Shown here one piece after another: positions 13,861 through 29,689 of a stretch of 64,000 bases of DNA. The position numbers and the translations under genes are program-made. Within the stretch, counting starts at the first letter, position 1. Every line of letters begins with the position of its first letter. The notes beneath the pieces are model-generated. The model saw nothing but the letters and a program-made list of their open reading frames with translations. It was not told where the DNA came from and did no database searches. Origin of the DNA: Takakia lepidozioides (lineage: Eukaryota; Plantae; Bryophyta); NCBI GenBank assembly GCA_030704615.1, contig CM060731.1:2790001-2854000 (forward strand), read 5' to 3'.

Positions 13861-15663
13861 GTACATTTACATCCAGCTATGGATTAAAGTAAGCTGAGCA
13901 CAAGTTCGCTCTCTTTAAGTAGTTATTGTGGTGGCTAGTGACTGGTGCAGAAACAACAAGCCACTGAAACCAGTGATTTAGTTGATCTGTTGGAACCTTG
14001 AATGGCATGTTATTAAAATGTAGACTTTACTTTGTCAATCCGAATGCCCACCAGTCTGCATCACTTCCCATCGAGAGCAATCCTTGGCAGATGCTATGAA
14101 AGCCGATCAATAAAAATCCTGAGAGTCCATCCTCAAATGTCTTGTTTCTGTGCTAAGATTTATGCACAAAGTTGGTTTCTCTGTCAGGCCCATATGTTAA
14201 ATCATATATGAGAGTCAGAAAATTTGAGATTAATGTCAGCAACAAATAGTAACGTACTTGGTGAACAGAAAAAAAAAATTATCATCTTTTGTGCGGTAGA
14301 GAGGAAATAAGCCTGGTTGCCCTGGATGGTTTGCAGAAGGATCATGTAATGAACATAAGAGAGAAGGGAAACTACCTGCCGTTCATGATTCATTGTTTCC
14401 AGGTAATGATACTGCTAACCATGATTTGTGCTTTCTAATTTCATTTTTATTAACAAACATTGGAAACTTAGCTTACAGTTTGCCAGTGAGGATAATTTGT
14501 GGAGCTATGGGATAACTTACAGTTTTCACTCGGAGAAGGATACACAGATCGGTCATATATTTGCCAATGGATCATTATCTCATTTTATTGTAGCAATTCA
14601 GGAGAAATGGTGAGTGGTCTTACTGTCTTGTTGGGGTGTTATTTGTTGAAGACTCTGGTGATAGCTGTGAGATCTTCCTGTGGATTCGTAGGAAAAATAA
14701 AGATGACGGACTCTTAGTATATTACAAAGCACATGCAGTTAGTGACGGCGCAAGCATGTTGGTTGTAGAATTTCATGGTAACGATGATGTGGCTGAAGAA
14801 AGGACAAAAGCGCATGTGGATGAACATCGCTGAAAAGCTCAATTAATATGTACGGTATTTCATCATGATTCGCTTGGCTACCGGTTGTAGCCAATGTGCC
14901 CTCCACAGTATGATTATATGGCACCTAAGGGACTCTCTCCCCCAAAAAGCAAACTGAAATTCCAAAAACTGAGATAGGCTGCTTTGTATGTGAAATCTGG
15001 GGGGTAAACTTTCATGGCTTGGCTTCATTCCCAAGTAAACCCACGTGGTGATATTTGTTTTCTAATTCCAATGGTAAGCAAGTGCACACTAACATTACAT
15101 AGTGCGTCCAAAAAATTTGGCCCTAGATGTTATTTTCAAGATTGTTCATTTGGCCTGCCATGTGGTGGGTTGTCACTACCAACAAAGTATGGACTCGGAT
15201 AGATTGTGAGGAGTAATTTTTTATTTTTTTTGGGTGTTTTTTTTGGGGAAATCTGGGCAGTTTCAGGAATATACGTTGACGATGTGTCCTACAAACGGTG
15301 GCTTTTTAAAAATATATATATTTTGGGCAATTTGGGCAAATTTAAAAAAATGACAACAAGCTGTTGTGCCTTCCCCAGGTGTCACCTTGGTTGAAAACTG
15401 CTTGACGAAGTACCTTCATCTAACACCTCCCTTGGCTGATAACATCTCTCTTATTGAACAAATTCCAATGAATAAATAGATGAAGTTTCAAGTTTATTAT
15501 GGATGAAAGTAGATTTCGCTATTCACAAAGAGTAGCCATACGGACTAGCCCCTTGTTCCTTCATTGGAAGACTTCAGCAAAGGATAGGCTTTGCCGGAAT
15601 AGAGAATACTAAGGAGGATGTCATAATATTATGCACATGAGATGATAGTGAAAGTGTAGGGTG

Positions 15664-15933
15664 CAGCGTTTTTTTTAGTGGCAAAATTTCGCCAGATTTT
15701 GACCTCAAAAAATAAAATAGAATATTCTGCAAATTCCTTTTCTCATGGATGAAATCACCAAATTTCTCCAAATAAAAAATAAATCATGGATGAATTCGCC
15801 AAATATGGATGATATAAATGGATTAAAGTACAGAGGTGGATGAATTTAAGTTGATGGACAGAGTGTACCGCTATTTTTTTACAAACTCTGTAGCCACTCG
15901 TGCTGTTTTCCAAATTTCTTAAGAAAAACACTG
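15664..15933. mobile_element. hAT-type MITE, 270 bp
   Basis: TIRs CAGCGTTTTTTTTA and (reverse complement) CAGTGTTTTTCTTA match 12/14. Flanked by near-perfect 8-bp TSD GTAGGGTG / TTAGGGTG. Internal ATGGATGAA repeats. Homologous to 39753-40010. Confidence 0.8.
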
Positions 15934-15953
15934 TTAGGGTGAGGCCCCGCGAG

Positions 15954-16053
15954 GGGGGCTTCCTGAAATGAGGGGCCCCGAACGAGGCGGTAGTCGAGTG
16001 CCTAGCCCCGAGTTTACTGCCTCGTGCCGGGCCCCTCATTTCAGGAAGCCCCC
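15954..16053. repeat. Long fold-back inverted repeat
   Basis: Perfect 25-bp arms GGGGGCTTCCTGAAATGAGGGGCCC (15954-15978) and its reverse complement (16029-16053), extending imperfectly to ~40 bp around a ~20-nt loop. Confidence 0.9.
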
Positions 16054-16999
16054 GTCACCCTGCGTAAAGAAACAACCAGGATTTTCTTACCATGGATGGC
16101 TGGGATCACCTCAATCTGACGGCTCACTTTGTGAGGAACCTTACGTGACCTAAGGTGCCTTCCTCTCGAGGAGGAACCTTATGCGGCGTAAGGTGCCATG
16201 CTCACCCGGAGGGAAAATCCCTCCGCGTAAGGCGCCATCCTCTCTAACTAAGAAATCCTGGCCGGACAAATATTCTTCAGTTTCGATTCCCCGACTGTCC
16301 TCTCCAGCACAAGCGGTTGACCAGCACGCTCCAAGTTGTCCATCGACCACTCTCTTCCCGCACACGCACACTGTCAACATTCACGAACCTTCCCACCGCC
16401 TGTAGAAGAGCTGGAGATAAAGCGGAAAGAGAGCTTAAAGTTCCAGCGAATTGGCAAACACAGATGTCGAACAACTTTCGGAGCGTCCACGCAGAGCCAT
16501 GATGCCGGAAAGAGAAGTCAGTACATAAGGGTACATAAAGGTGTCAAGGACAGTGCAAAACCCTGAGGTAAGTTCTTCAACTTAGGGGCCCAGATTGCTC
16601 CGAAATACAAACAAACTTTAGCCAAAAGATTCATATTTGGACTGTGTGTACTGGATGTGAATGACCGTTTTCTCCGGAAAATTACTGTAGGACAGGGTCC
16701 TGACGAGAAAGGCATGACAAGAGGTGGAGAGAAAACACGCTTGCATATACATTGATCAGTGAACAGTGATTTAAAGAGTAATCAAGCTGATCTCCAGAAG
16801 CTTTATTAGGTTTCTGTAACTTGTCAAATAATAAAATTTTAATGAGAAGTAATGGGTCTTTCAATGATCTCACTGACCTTAGTGGTCTTGGAGATAAATG
16901 TATAGTTTATAAAAGAATCTCTGAAGATCTAGAGTTTCCTGAATGAAATGCCGACCCACGATTCCATTATTAACTAGTAGACGAGGAGTGCTTCGCTCA

Positions 17000-20557
<3,558 letters not shown>

Positions 20558-21773
20558 CTACAGAAGTACTGTATATTGTGTATGAGAGGGTGAGAGATCA
20601 GAGAGAGCTTCTTCAGGACACAATCTTTTTCCAGTGATACTGTCTCAAGACTGTGTGAGATATTGAGAATGTGGGGTGCCAGGGATTTTGTAGGAGAGAG
20701 ACGAAGCGAAGGTTTCGCAATCTTGGGGAGAGCGATCGATTATGTCAGAACCGGCGCAGTCTTTGGACGGTGCTCCGCGCCGCACATCCGAAAGACCGCG
20801 CGGTTCCGTTCGTTGCCGCGGTGACGGCAGAATATGAAAGATTGATCTCAACGATTTCCACGTTTCCGAAGAATGAAAAATGCCATTTTCAAAGAATATT
20901 CTTTACAAGATCTCAAATTTCACGTGGATTCTTCTTCCATGGTAAAGACCGCCACGGTCGCCGTCGCCGCTGAAATGAACGGAACTGCTCCGGGCCTTCG
21001 GATGTCCCGCGCCGACGACGGAACCGTTCCCGGCGCTGCGGAGTCCCGACACTGCCCTCTCTTCCAGCGAGCTGATTCAGGGCTGCTTCTTCTCACCCAC
21101 TGCATTCTTCACATCGTTCGCTGGATCTTCTCACTTTCACTGTCACGGGTCCACACTGATTCCGTGGATTCTTTCTCTTTCTCTTTCTCTATCTCTTTAC
21201 GTGCACGAGGCCTTCCCTTAGACAATCACTCGAGCAATAGTTTTTATTCTTGGCTCTCGTTTTGTTTCCTCTCTCATGTTTTCTTCCATTTTTCTCTATG
21301 AGCTTTTTGCGGACGTTATAAAGCACCATGTCATTTCATTTCATTTCATTTCTCTCTATCACAAGATTTAAATATATTGCTCGACTTTAGGTGAGTGCAG
21401 GGAAGATTACATACCGGCCAGCTCCTGCGTATATTCTATGGTCAGAATTACCCTCGTGTGCAGCCATGGCAGCTTCTCCGGCTGTAGCTTTAATCGGTGC
21501 GTCTCTTGATAATGTGCAGCGGTCGAGGAAGCTGGGCGTAGTCTGTCCGGTGTCTTGAGGCCGGAAGACTGATCAGCATGGCATGTACTCCAATAATGTA
21601 ATGTGTGTGTGAATGCCTATCACACTTTCTCTGTACTCATGTTTCGGATTTCCATGTACTATGTCCAGGGGCCTTTGGAATTACTAAATTATTTTACACA
21701 ATCTAGGAACTTCCATAATGTTGGCATAATTGAGTTTTAACAACAAGTAATTGGACATGGGGTCATGTTACAG

Positions 21774-21821
21774 CTCCCACCCAACGTTTCGCAGGGTTTG
21801 GCCCTTCACTTGTCAAGGGAG
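21774..21821 (-). ncRNA. Candidate minimal type I hammerhead ribozyme (U3-A8 core variant)
   Basis: Minus strand reads CTCCC-TTGACAA-GTGAAGGG CCAAA CCCTGC-GAAAC-GTT-GGGTGGGAG: stem I CCC/GGG, core UUGACAA, stem II AGGG/CCCT closed by G-C, GAAA, palindromic ACGT stem III, GUU cleavage triplet. Confidence 0.5.
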
Positions 21822-23583
21822 TTTGCCACATTGCACCAAGTGCCAAGTGTTTTTTGGCTATCGTAGCTCTAATAGCGACATCTGGGGTTTGTAGCCCCCG
21901 TAATACTCCCCCCTTCCAATTACGCTCCATAATGGCCAGGGGTTGACCCTACTCGCGGCCCGCCGCCGCTCGCCAAGTCCACCCGGTGGCCATTATCTAG
22001 TACATCTTGACGTAATGAATTTTCGTAATGAAAACGGAGTCTATTTGTAGCATAAGTTGATTGTGTTTTTTGTATTTTACGTGGACATGAAAATGAATAT
22101 AAGCACTGTTCCCTAGCAGCTACTGCTTCACGAATAGTGGACTATTATGCGCTTTGTTTACGGAAGAGCGTAATAGGATGTAGTAGTTAGCTCTTGATTT
22201 GCTTCGCGCCCCAAGAAAGGGAAAAAATATATTTTTTAACTTTATCGCAGCAAATGTTTTGAATTTTTAGCATGGAAGCCTTGGCTCTTCACCTAGGGAT
22301 CTTCGACCGTAGCGCCGCGCACGGTTACATTCGTCCCTAAACGGAAAAGCTCAGAAAAGAGATGATTGATTCTCTTCTCCGTTTACCCACTTCTCTCCTG
22401 ATGGGCCGGGCCTGGCAAAGCACATGGGAGTATGAAAAGCGCTTTGTGGGACAATGAACCCCATTGGGCAGTTTCATGTCTCCCACGGTGCACCTGGGAG
22501 GTTGCTAACCAAGTGGTTTTGGACCAAGCTGCCGGTCAAAGTAGTTTATCAAAAATATTATTGATTTCTGTGGTTAAAAAAAAAATGACTGATAAATATT
22601 TTTATTAAAAAATATATAGTTATAATATTTTATTGGCTATGTTGGAGAGAGAGACTTTGCAACATGTTCAAGTCAACGGAAAACATGTGGTCAAAGGTCC
22701 TTATGCTGTGTCAAGGCTCCGATTGTGCCAAGTCATGCCCCTTACTCTCACCATCCTCTTATGTTTTGCCAAAGCAAGAGAGCCCATCACCGTTTTAGGC
22801 TTGTTACTATTATTGAAATCTGCTCCCCTTATTGAAGCGTTTAGTTACTTGCGATATGAGAGAAATAGAAGTAGAGAAACTTTAAAAAAAAAACAGATTT
22901 AATAATGTGGTTTTTTTTACTTTTTTTACTTCATAAAACCCGATATGATTCCCATGCAATTAGGCCCTACTACCCTAGTAGGAGTAGGGCTCGTCATAGT
23001 AGGCATATTTTCATATGCCCTTCGAATAAGCGAACCTAATGTATCTAGAGGTGTGATTTGAATGTATTTTGAAAAAGCGTAAGGAATTTTTTTTTACATA
23101 TTTGAGAATTGTAGTGAATATGAAACTTGAAATCAATTTCTCGATTTATTTGGATCATGGAAGAAAAAATGGGGTCTATGGGGTGTTATCAAGAAATTAA
23201 CAAATGGAAATTTCCTTAGAAACTGAAATTAGATGCACTCTAAGAACATCTTTGGTCATTCCCTTCTCTAGGGGGGAGTAACTTAACAATGAAATCCAGG
23301 GGGTGTTCAATGAGCCTAAAGACAATTCTTTATAAGGAAACTCCTAGGTACATATGAAATAAACCTGATTGGGGAAAATTACTAAATAGGCAAAAATCGA
23401 TCCAAAATGTTTTTTCTTGGATTTAGGGTAGATAACAGATTCAAGAGTTACTATCTGGTGTGTCATGAAGGTGTCCACCTTCCTGTTATAAGAGGTAAAA
23501 AATAAAAAAGAGTTGGACTTAAAAAAAATAAAATAAAAAATTACTATCTAATTCATTTTATTGCTTAAGCCATAGAGATTTAT

Positions 23584-23959
23584 CGCATATGGTTTTTAGG
23601 GTGTGGATTTGCATATCCAAGCATTAACCTATCTCAATATTACAATTTCTGGCATCTTTCAGGGTTTAATTTTTCCCTCCTTCAATAAAGTAATTGGCCA
23701 ACGGCTTAAAAAAAAAAAAAAATCTTCTCCTCCTCTATTGGATAATTATTGTGTGGAGAATCCCTAAATTTCAAGGTTTGGAATTTAGATCCAATTCTTC
23801 TACTGTCTCAGATTTTAACGTATCACATATGGTTTTTAGGGATATCCAAGCATTAACCTATCTCAATATTACGATTTCTTATCCTCCTCTATTGGATTAT
23901 TGTGTGGAGAATCCCTAAATTTCAAGGTTGGAATTTAGATCCAATTTTCTACTATCTCA
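23584..23959. repeat. Imperfect tandem duplication of a two-part module in AT-rich, TE-like DNA
   Basis: catatggtttttaggg..atatccaagcattaacctatctcaatattac at ~23586 and ~23826; cctcctctattgga..ttattgtgtggagaatccctaaatttcaagg..ggaatttagatccaatt at ~23729 and ~23884. Confidence 0.8.
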
Positions 23960-25813
23960 AATACTTCCAAGTGGAACTGATATTTTTTTCATAGTGGAAA
24001 GTCTATATTTACGTACTAAAGGTATGGGACATAATTATTATGGAGAATCCGCTTGGCCTGATGATCTTCCATATATTTCTCCATTCCAGTTCAGTCATGT
24101 GGACGAGGGCCCATACTACCCGCCCAAATCGAAAAGGGCGCAACAATTGTTTTTTTTTTGGCAAGGACTGCTATCGGAAGGGAAGGGGCCTAAGCGTATG
24201 CTATTAACAGACCATATTCAACCAAGTCCTCTAGCCAGGCTCCCATGATCCCGAATGGGATTTGTCCGAAAATATGAGGAAAAGAAAGATGGGGGCTGCC
24301 ACTTCGAGGGACCTTTGGATGGAGGCTAGGAAGGCAAAAGATGATCATGGAGTTCCACGTTGTCTATATGTGTGGAAATTCTGTGAGCTTTATTGAACAG
24401 ACCTTTGGACTGTTTCTAGCTTGCATAGCTATCAACTGTGGGGTCTTTGGTGGTATGTATGCCTGTTCAAGTGTTGCAAGGACGTTGGGGTCTCGTAATG
24501 TGATTGCCTGCACGACATTCCTCATCGATTCCCCATTGATCATCTCTCTGGACAGAAATAGGTGATGGCTAGTCTACAACTCAAAAGTCCTGAGAAACAT
24601 GTCTCATCAAAGGCGTGGACATGCCCGGCCATTAATCAGACAGAAAGATGTATACAGGTCTATAAGTGAGAAGTATTTGCTTAGTTGCATCCCGATCAAT
24701 AGGATTTACAATACACGCTGCTTTTGTAGATGGCACCATTCTTTGTGTAGAGCCACCACTTGGGGATTTCATCAGTTGTGCAGGTTCCAGCAAGCTTGCA
24801 GCAGAAAGTTGTACATATGTATATGAATGTTCAGGAGATCATAGAAATCATTGCATGACAGTACATAGGTAATCCAGATGAAATAATCGTTTTTCAAATT
24901 TTCTTGGATCCCCAGCATAAATTATCACTCAGGCGCAGGATGGAGGAATCCATCCCACATGCTTTTCTTGCTTGACCACAGACAATCTTGCCAGGTCCTC
25001 TAGGAAGGGTTAGAGTACATCAGCTTAATTACCTTGTTCACATCCCTGCAGTCATTCGTAGTCAGACTAAAATTGGGATTCTTGAAGCCTTGCACCGCTT
25101 TGTCCTTGTTACGCCGGCTTTGGCCCTCTATAGGACCTAGGTGCTTCAACGACAAAAGGTGAAATCGGTAGCCTTCAAGTCAATCAGACAAGCCTTGGAC
25201 TTCAGAGATTTCCTACATTTTAGGTACTCTTCATCGAACCTCAAGACAAAGCAACCTCCTCAAAATAGTTTCACCCACCTGACATTGTTCATGCATGTTT
25301 TAGGATGGCATCATAGTGCATTGCTCCCCAGGCATTACCTCGGGTTCAATTCCTGTATGTTACCTTTCCCCATAAGACAACTGGATCAGAGGATTGCCCA
25401 TCATATCAAGTGACACCTTCAGGAATACCTGCTGTGAGTACCCAGTATGGAAGATTTTATTCAAGCATACTGAAAAACACTAGGGTGAAAACTACTACAC
25501 CCAACTTCGGTTTCTTGTTTACTTTTTCAAAAAGCAGCCCTACTACCAAAGGTCCAACGAGGCTTATATAACACAATGTACATATGATGAGTTTTGGACC
25601 CTACTAGCCAGTACCAATTCCACTAGCAAGCATAAACACAGGTAACAAACGCACGCAATACATCAACCGGGGCTATTAACAAAGAGAAGGTCTACCCCTC
25701 ACCCTCTCTGTCTGGCTGGCACCCTATGTCACTTTCCGCTTCAATGAATGGCCTAATTATCCCCTTTGTTGGACTCAATGTGAGCACCAGGTGAGTGTTG
25801 GAGATCTGACAGA

Positions 25814-28800
25814 CTACAGTTGTGAGCGGCCAAGGTCAAAGTCCATGGTATAGTCGTACTCAATGGTAGGAATAACCGATGCAACAAATTTGAGAAAAAT
25901 GAACAAGTACCTGCACCCACATGCCTAAAAATTAGTACTCATCCCTGGGCTCAAGACGTTTCACCTCACCCTCTGCAGTAATATCTCCTGGGAGATTGCC
26001 ATGACATTGTCAACACTCATTCTTCAGTCAGACTCTTACTTGTGTCCAAGGAAGAAAGTTGGATTGGATTAAATACATTAATATTCCTTGCTGAAACCTT
26101 CTAGATTAACATTGTGCCTAAATGGATGCAGTTATTTAAAGTGTGGAAAAGAAGACTTACTTGTCAACTTCAGGGTCAACACCACGAGACATTAAAACAT
26201 CGATGATCTTCTTCATGACAGCACCATGTCGGCATGGATGCACTGATGCATGCTTCCCTGCCATGTGCGGGTGATCCTCTATGGTCACCTGCAGACATGA
26301 GACAGGAGAATATCAAATACCAGTTTGATAAGAGTCATCACTAAATTCAGACCCAAACCCCCAAGTTTTCTGCATTGAGTGAATGTACTCATGAGATGTT
26401 TGCCATCTACGAAAGAGACACACAGACAAAGTGACAACCGACCATTGAGAAGATACACTGCAAGATAGTGACACTCAAAGCTGGTCATGGTGTAACCTAC
26501 ACTGGTACAAAACTGCTTCGAAACTACATGCCCAGTTGACAGCAATACGGTTCCAGCCATGCTTTGACTAATGATAGGAGGACCACATTGTCATACTAAA
26601 GGTATCCAAGAATACAGATAAACCATACCGTTTTGCGAGCATGGTCTTGACTGACGTCTTCCAACACAAGCTCAGGTTGCAACAAGTGGCGAGACTGTTC
26701 ACCCCAAGCACAGCAATAGTATTTCAAACCTCAAATCCTTTTTCCTCCTCATGCTCATGTAAATGATTGTCCCTTCACCTGGTTTTGCTCAGGTGAGAGT
26801 CCAAGAAGGCCCAGAACTCAGCCCCTTGGTTGGTAAAAACTTTCTGGAAGAACAGGTCACAGCCCACTTCAAATACTAAACATTTCCACTTCTGCTGCTA
26901 ACCTTCAGCAGTGGAGCCCATTCTCTCCCATCCTCCCTACAAAGCTCTAAAAAGCTTTTCTGTTCTTACAAATCAGGGATTAAAATAAGTGCTCTTAGTT
27001 GGAATATAATAAATGCTCTTCAAATGCACACATACCTCATCATAACCAGTCAACCATACTCGAGGAGTTTGGTAATACTTGTCATATCTGGCCACAAAAC
27101 ACACCGTTAATCCCATGCATTAGAAACAGAAGTGTTATGGCAGAAAAAAGGCTGACTCCTGGATGTTGTGTCAAGGTAATCAATATGATAAGAAACTGTA
27201 AAACATCTGAAGGGCTAAAGATGCCACAGAAAACGTCCATGGTTGTAGCGACCTCAAAGCCCAAAGCAACAACTATCAAAGTAGTGCTTGTGTCAGTATT
27301 TACCTTCTCCTAATACGATTTCATAAGTTAGACTGGCCTAACTAGTTGAGAATGTTTCCATGTCTCTCCTAATACCACGTCTGAAAGGGGGGAAGAGAGA
27401 GAGGGGAGGAAGGGGAGGGAGAGGAGGGAGACAGCCAAGCGTATTGCCAGTACTCACGTCATGCTGACATCATATGTGCGAGTCCGAAGAATGTTATCGT
27501 CATCAGGCTCATGCACCATCAGATACGGAGGTTGCAAGGTAGCCTGTTCCAACATACACATTTCAGTCGAGCATTGGTGAATGCAGTTGCAAGACAAGAT
27601 TTCGAGGAGAATGCTGCATAACTGTCTTCCAGGAAGACCCATTCCTCACCCTGGTTTGGTCTAGTTTACAGCCCAAACTGCAAGCACTTTCTAAAAGCTT
27701 CCCAAAGGTCGTCTCTCTTTGACCTCTTATCCCCCTTTTCCCCCCTCTGCCATATTAGGTTATAGATAATTCGTACCGCGTCATCCTCCACCAGATTGTC
27801 CACGTCCGCACAGTCCGACATATCTGGAACATCGTCGTCTTCATCTTCCGGTGGGACCAATGGCTTGAAGTTATGCTTTGTCGGCATCTCTTGGGCGTCC
27901 ATATATGGAACGGTCTCATCCTCACCCTTGATTCCTATGACACCCGGTCTGTGTAGAAATAAGTCTCATCAACAAAAATAAACCACAACCCATGAGTTCC
28001 CAACTAGCAGTTCCCACAAAATGAATGTGACTGCACCATGCCAATAACACAAATGTTACAGATTTTAACATTCTGTGCTTAAAGGTTTGTGTACTTTTGC
28101 ACAGAAATGGCTGATGGACAGCACAGCCCATTCCATACCTTTCTGGATACCATGGGTTGCTAGCCATCCACCATCATCATCATTGTCAAGCAGTACTTCG
28201 TCCCCTGCAGCATCATACTCTTCTTCCATGGACACAGCCCTGCGCAAACATGGCACTGCACTTGACACTCTCAGTCCCTTACCCTTTCTAGCAGCTGCAA
28301 CCTCACAGATGGAGTGCTTAGACTGAAAAGGTACCAATCTACAGCTAGAGTACATAAAATGGTCTCTCCTCTCTCTCTCTTCGCTATGGCAACATCGTCT
28401 TATGAGTACATTCTCTCTCTCTCCATGTTCCGTCAAACTGGGCACGGGGTCGAAGGCCACAAGGCTCTGGCAAACAACATCTTATGAGTACACTATCTCT
28501 CTCTCTCTCAACACAAATATAAGGCTACAGCAAACAAACCCTTGTGAGTACATTTGTCTATGCTTTGAATAGAAACATCTTAGACTCCTGAGTAAATACT
28601 TGTGCCAAGTCCCAGAGCACTTAATGAAAACCATCCAAGGATCTGGCTACACAGGGAAAATAAATGCGAAGACTAAACAGCTCGTACTTGCAATTCCAAG
28701 CTAATCGCAGTCATTCATGAGAAGAAAAATTGAGGCGCATGAAGTCGGGTGCTGAGAGTACCATTGCGTGTAATGAGAAATTGCTTATCTGCAGGAAGAT

Positions 28801-29689
28801 ACAACTTCCGCTTGTTTGGATCTCCCATCTCCCTGATGAACACAACAAAGATTCAAACCTCAGTTGTCAACAAAGTGGGCCTGACTCTGACTAATATGCA
28901 TGAAGGGAAAATAAGAAAGATGCGGTACTCCCAAAAGAGAGAAGACTTCGCCATGTTGAAGCACAACTATTGTTTCCACTTTTGCAGCTAAGCAATAATA
29001 TGCACGTGGCCCAAACAATGACCCTGCCTAGATCTGTTACTAATAAAAACCATTAACCGGAGTTCTTTGGTATATACAGCTTGTATCCTGCAACTCTTGC
29101 TATGCTCAAAGGGATGAATAGACTCAGGGCACAGTTCTATCCATCTCTACCTCAATATCAAAAACTTGTGAATTGTCATCCTCCATCCCAAGGGCTTCAG
29201 TCTGATGAGATTCCCTACAAGGAAGGAAACTGCAGGTGCTCAAGTTGCTCGTAGCTAGTCTGCAAGGATATACTTTCAGCATTGGAGATAAAAGGCAATA
29301 GCCGGGAAGGGAAGAAGCAGAGAATTATGTTTCTTTTGGGAAGATTATACATGGTATAACTTGCAAGCTCTTTGATATAGGTTTGAAGACAACTAAAGAA
29401 AAACCAGACATGACTAGGTTGTTTCTGGCCATGGTGAAGTCTTAATATCTGGAAACCATCGAGCTGCTCGAGTCACCTCATATCCCAGTCCCTAGTAGTT
29501 TTTAGGACTAAAGAAAGCGAGGGATTACCAGGACCAAGTCGGGCACTTAGATACCAAGTTATCGCCTGCTTGAACGAATTCATCAGGAGTAAGAACACCC
29601 TTCTCTTTGAAAGCTGACACAGTACGTGGACCTGTCATCCTCTCCACGGCCCCCTTAAACGCCTCATGAAGCCTCTGCGACAGCACCAT
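25814..29689 (-). CDS. ATG3: Autophagy E2-like conjugating enzyme ATG3, 9 coding exons
   Basis: [54 protein letters not shown] (29689-29529); [15 protein letters not shown]; [10 protein letters not shown]; NILRTRTYD; [17 protein letters not shown]; [11 protein letters not shown]; catalytic [10 protein letters not shown]; [27 protein letters not shown], stop TAG at 25816-25814. Confidence 0.97.

Noticed and set aside
16135-16236. CRISPR-like repeat/spacer appearance
   Set aside because: Only two or three degenerate repeats with 13-14-bp spacers, no cas genes, and a eukaryotic context.
24340-25450. Cluster of short ORFs downstream of ATG3
   Set aside because: No recognisable protein motifs or consistent splice structure.
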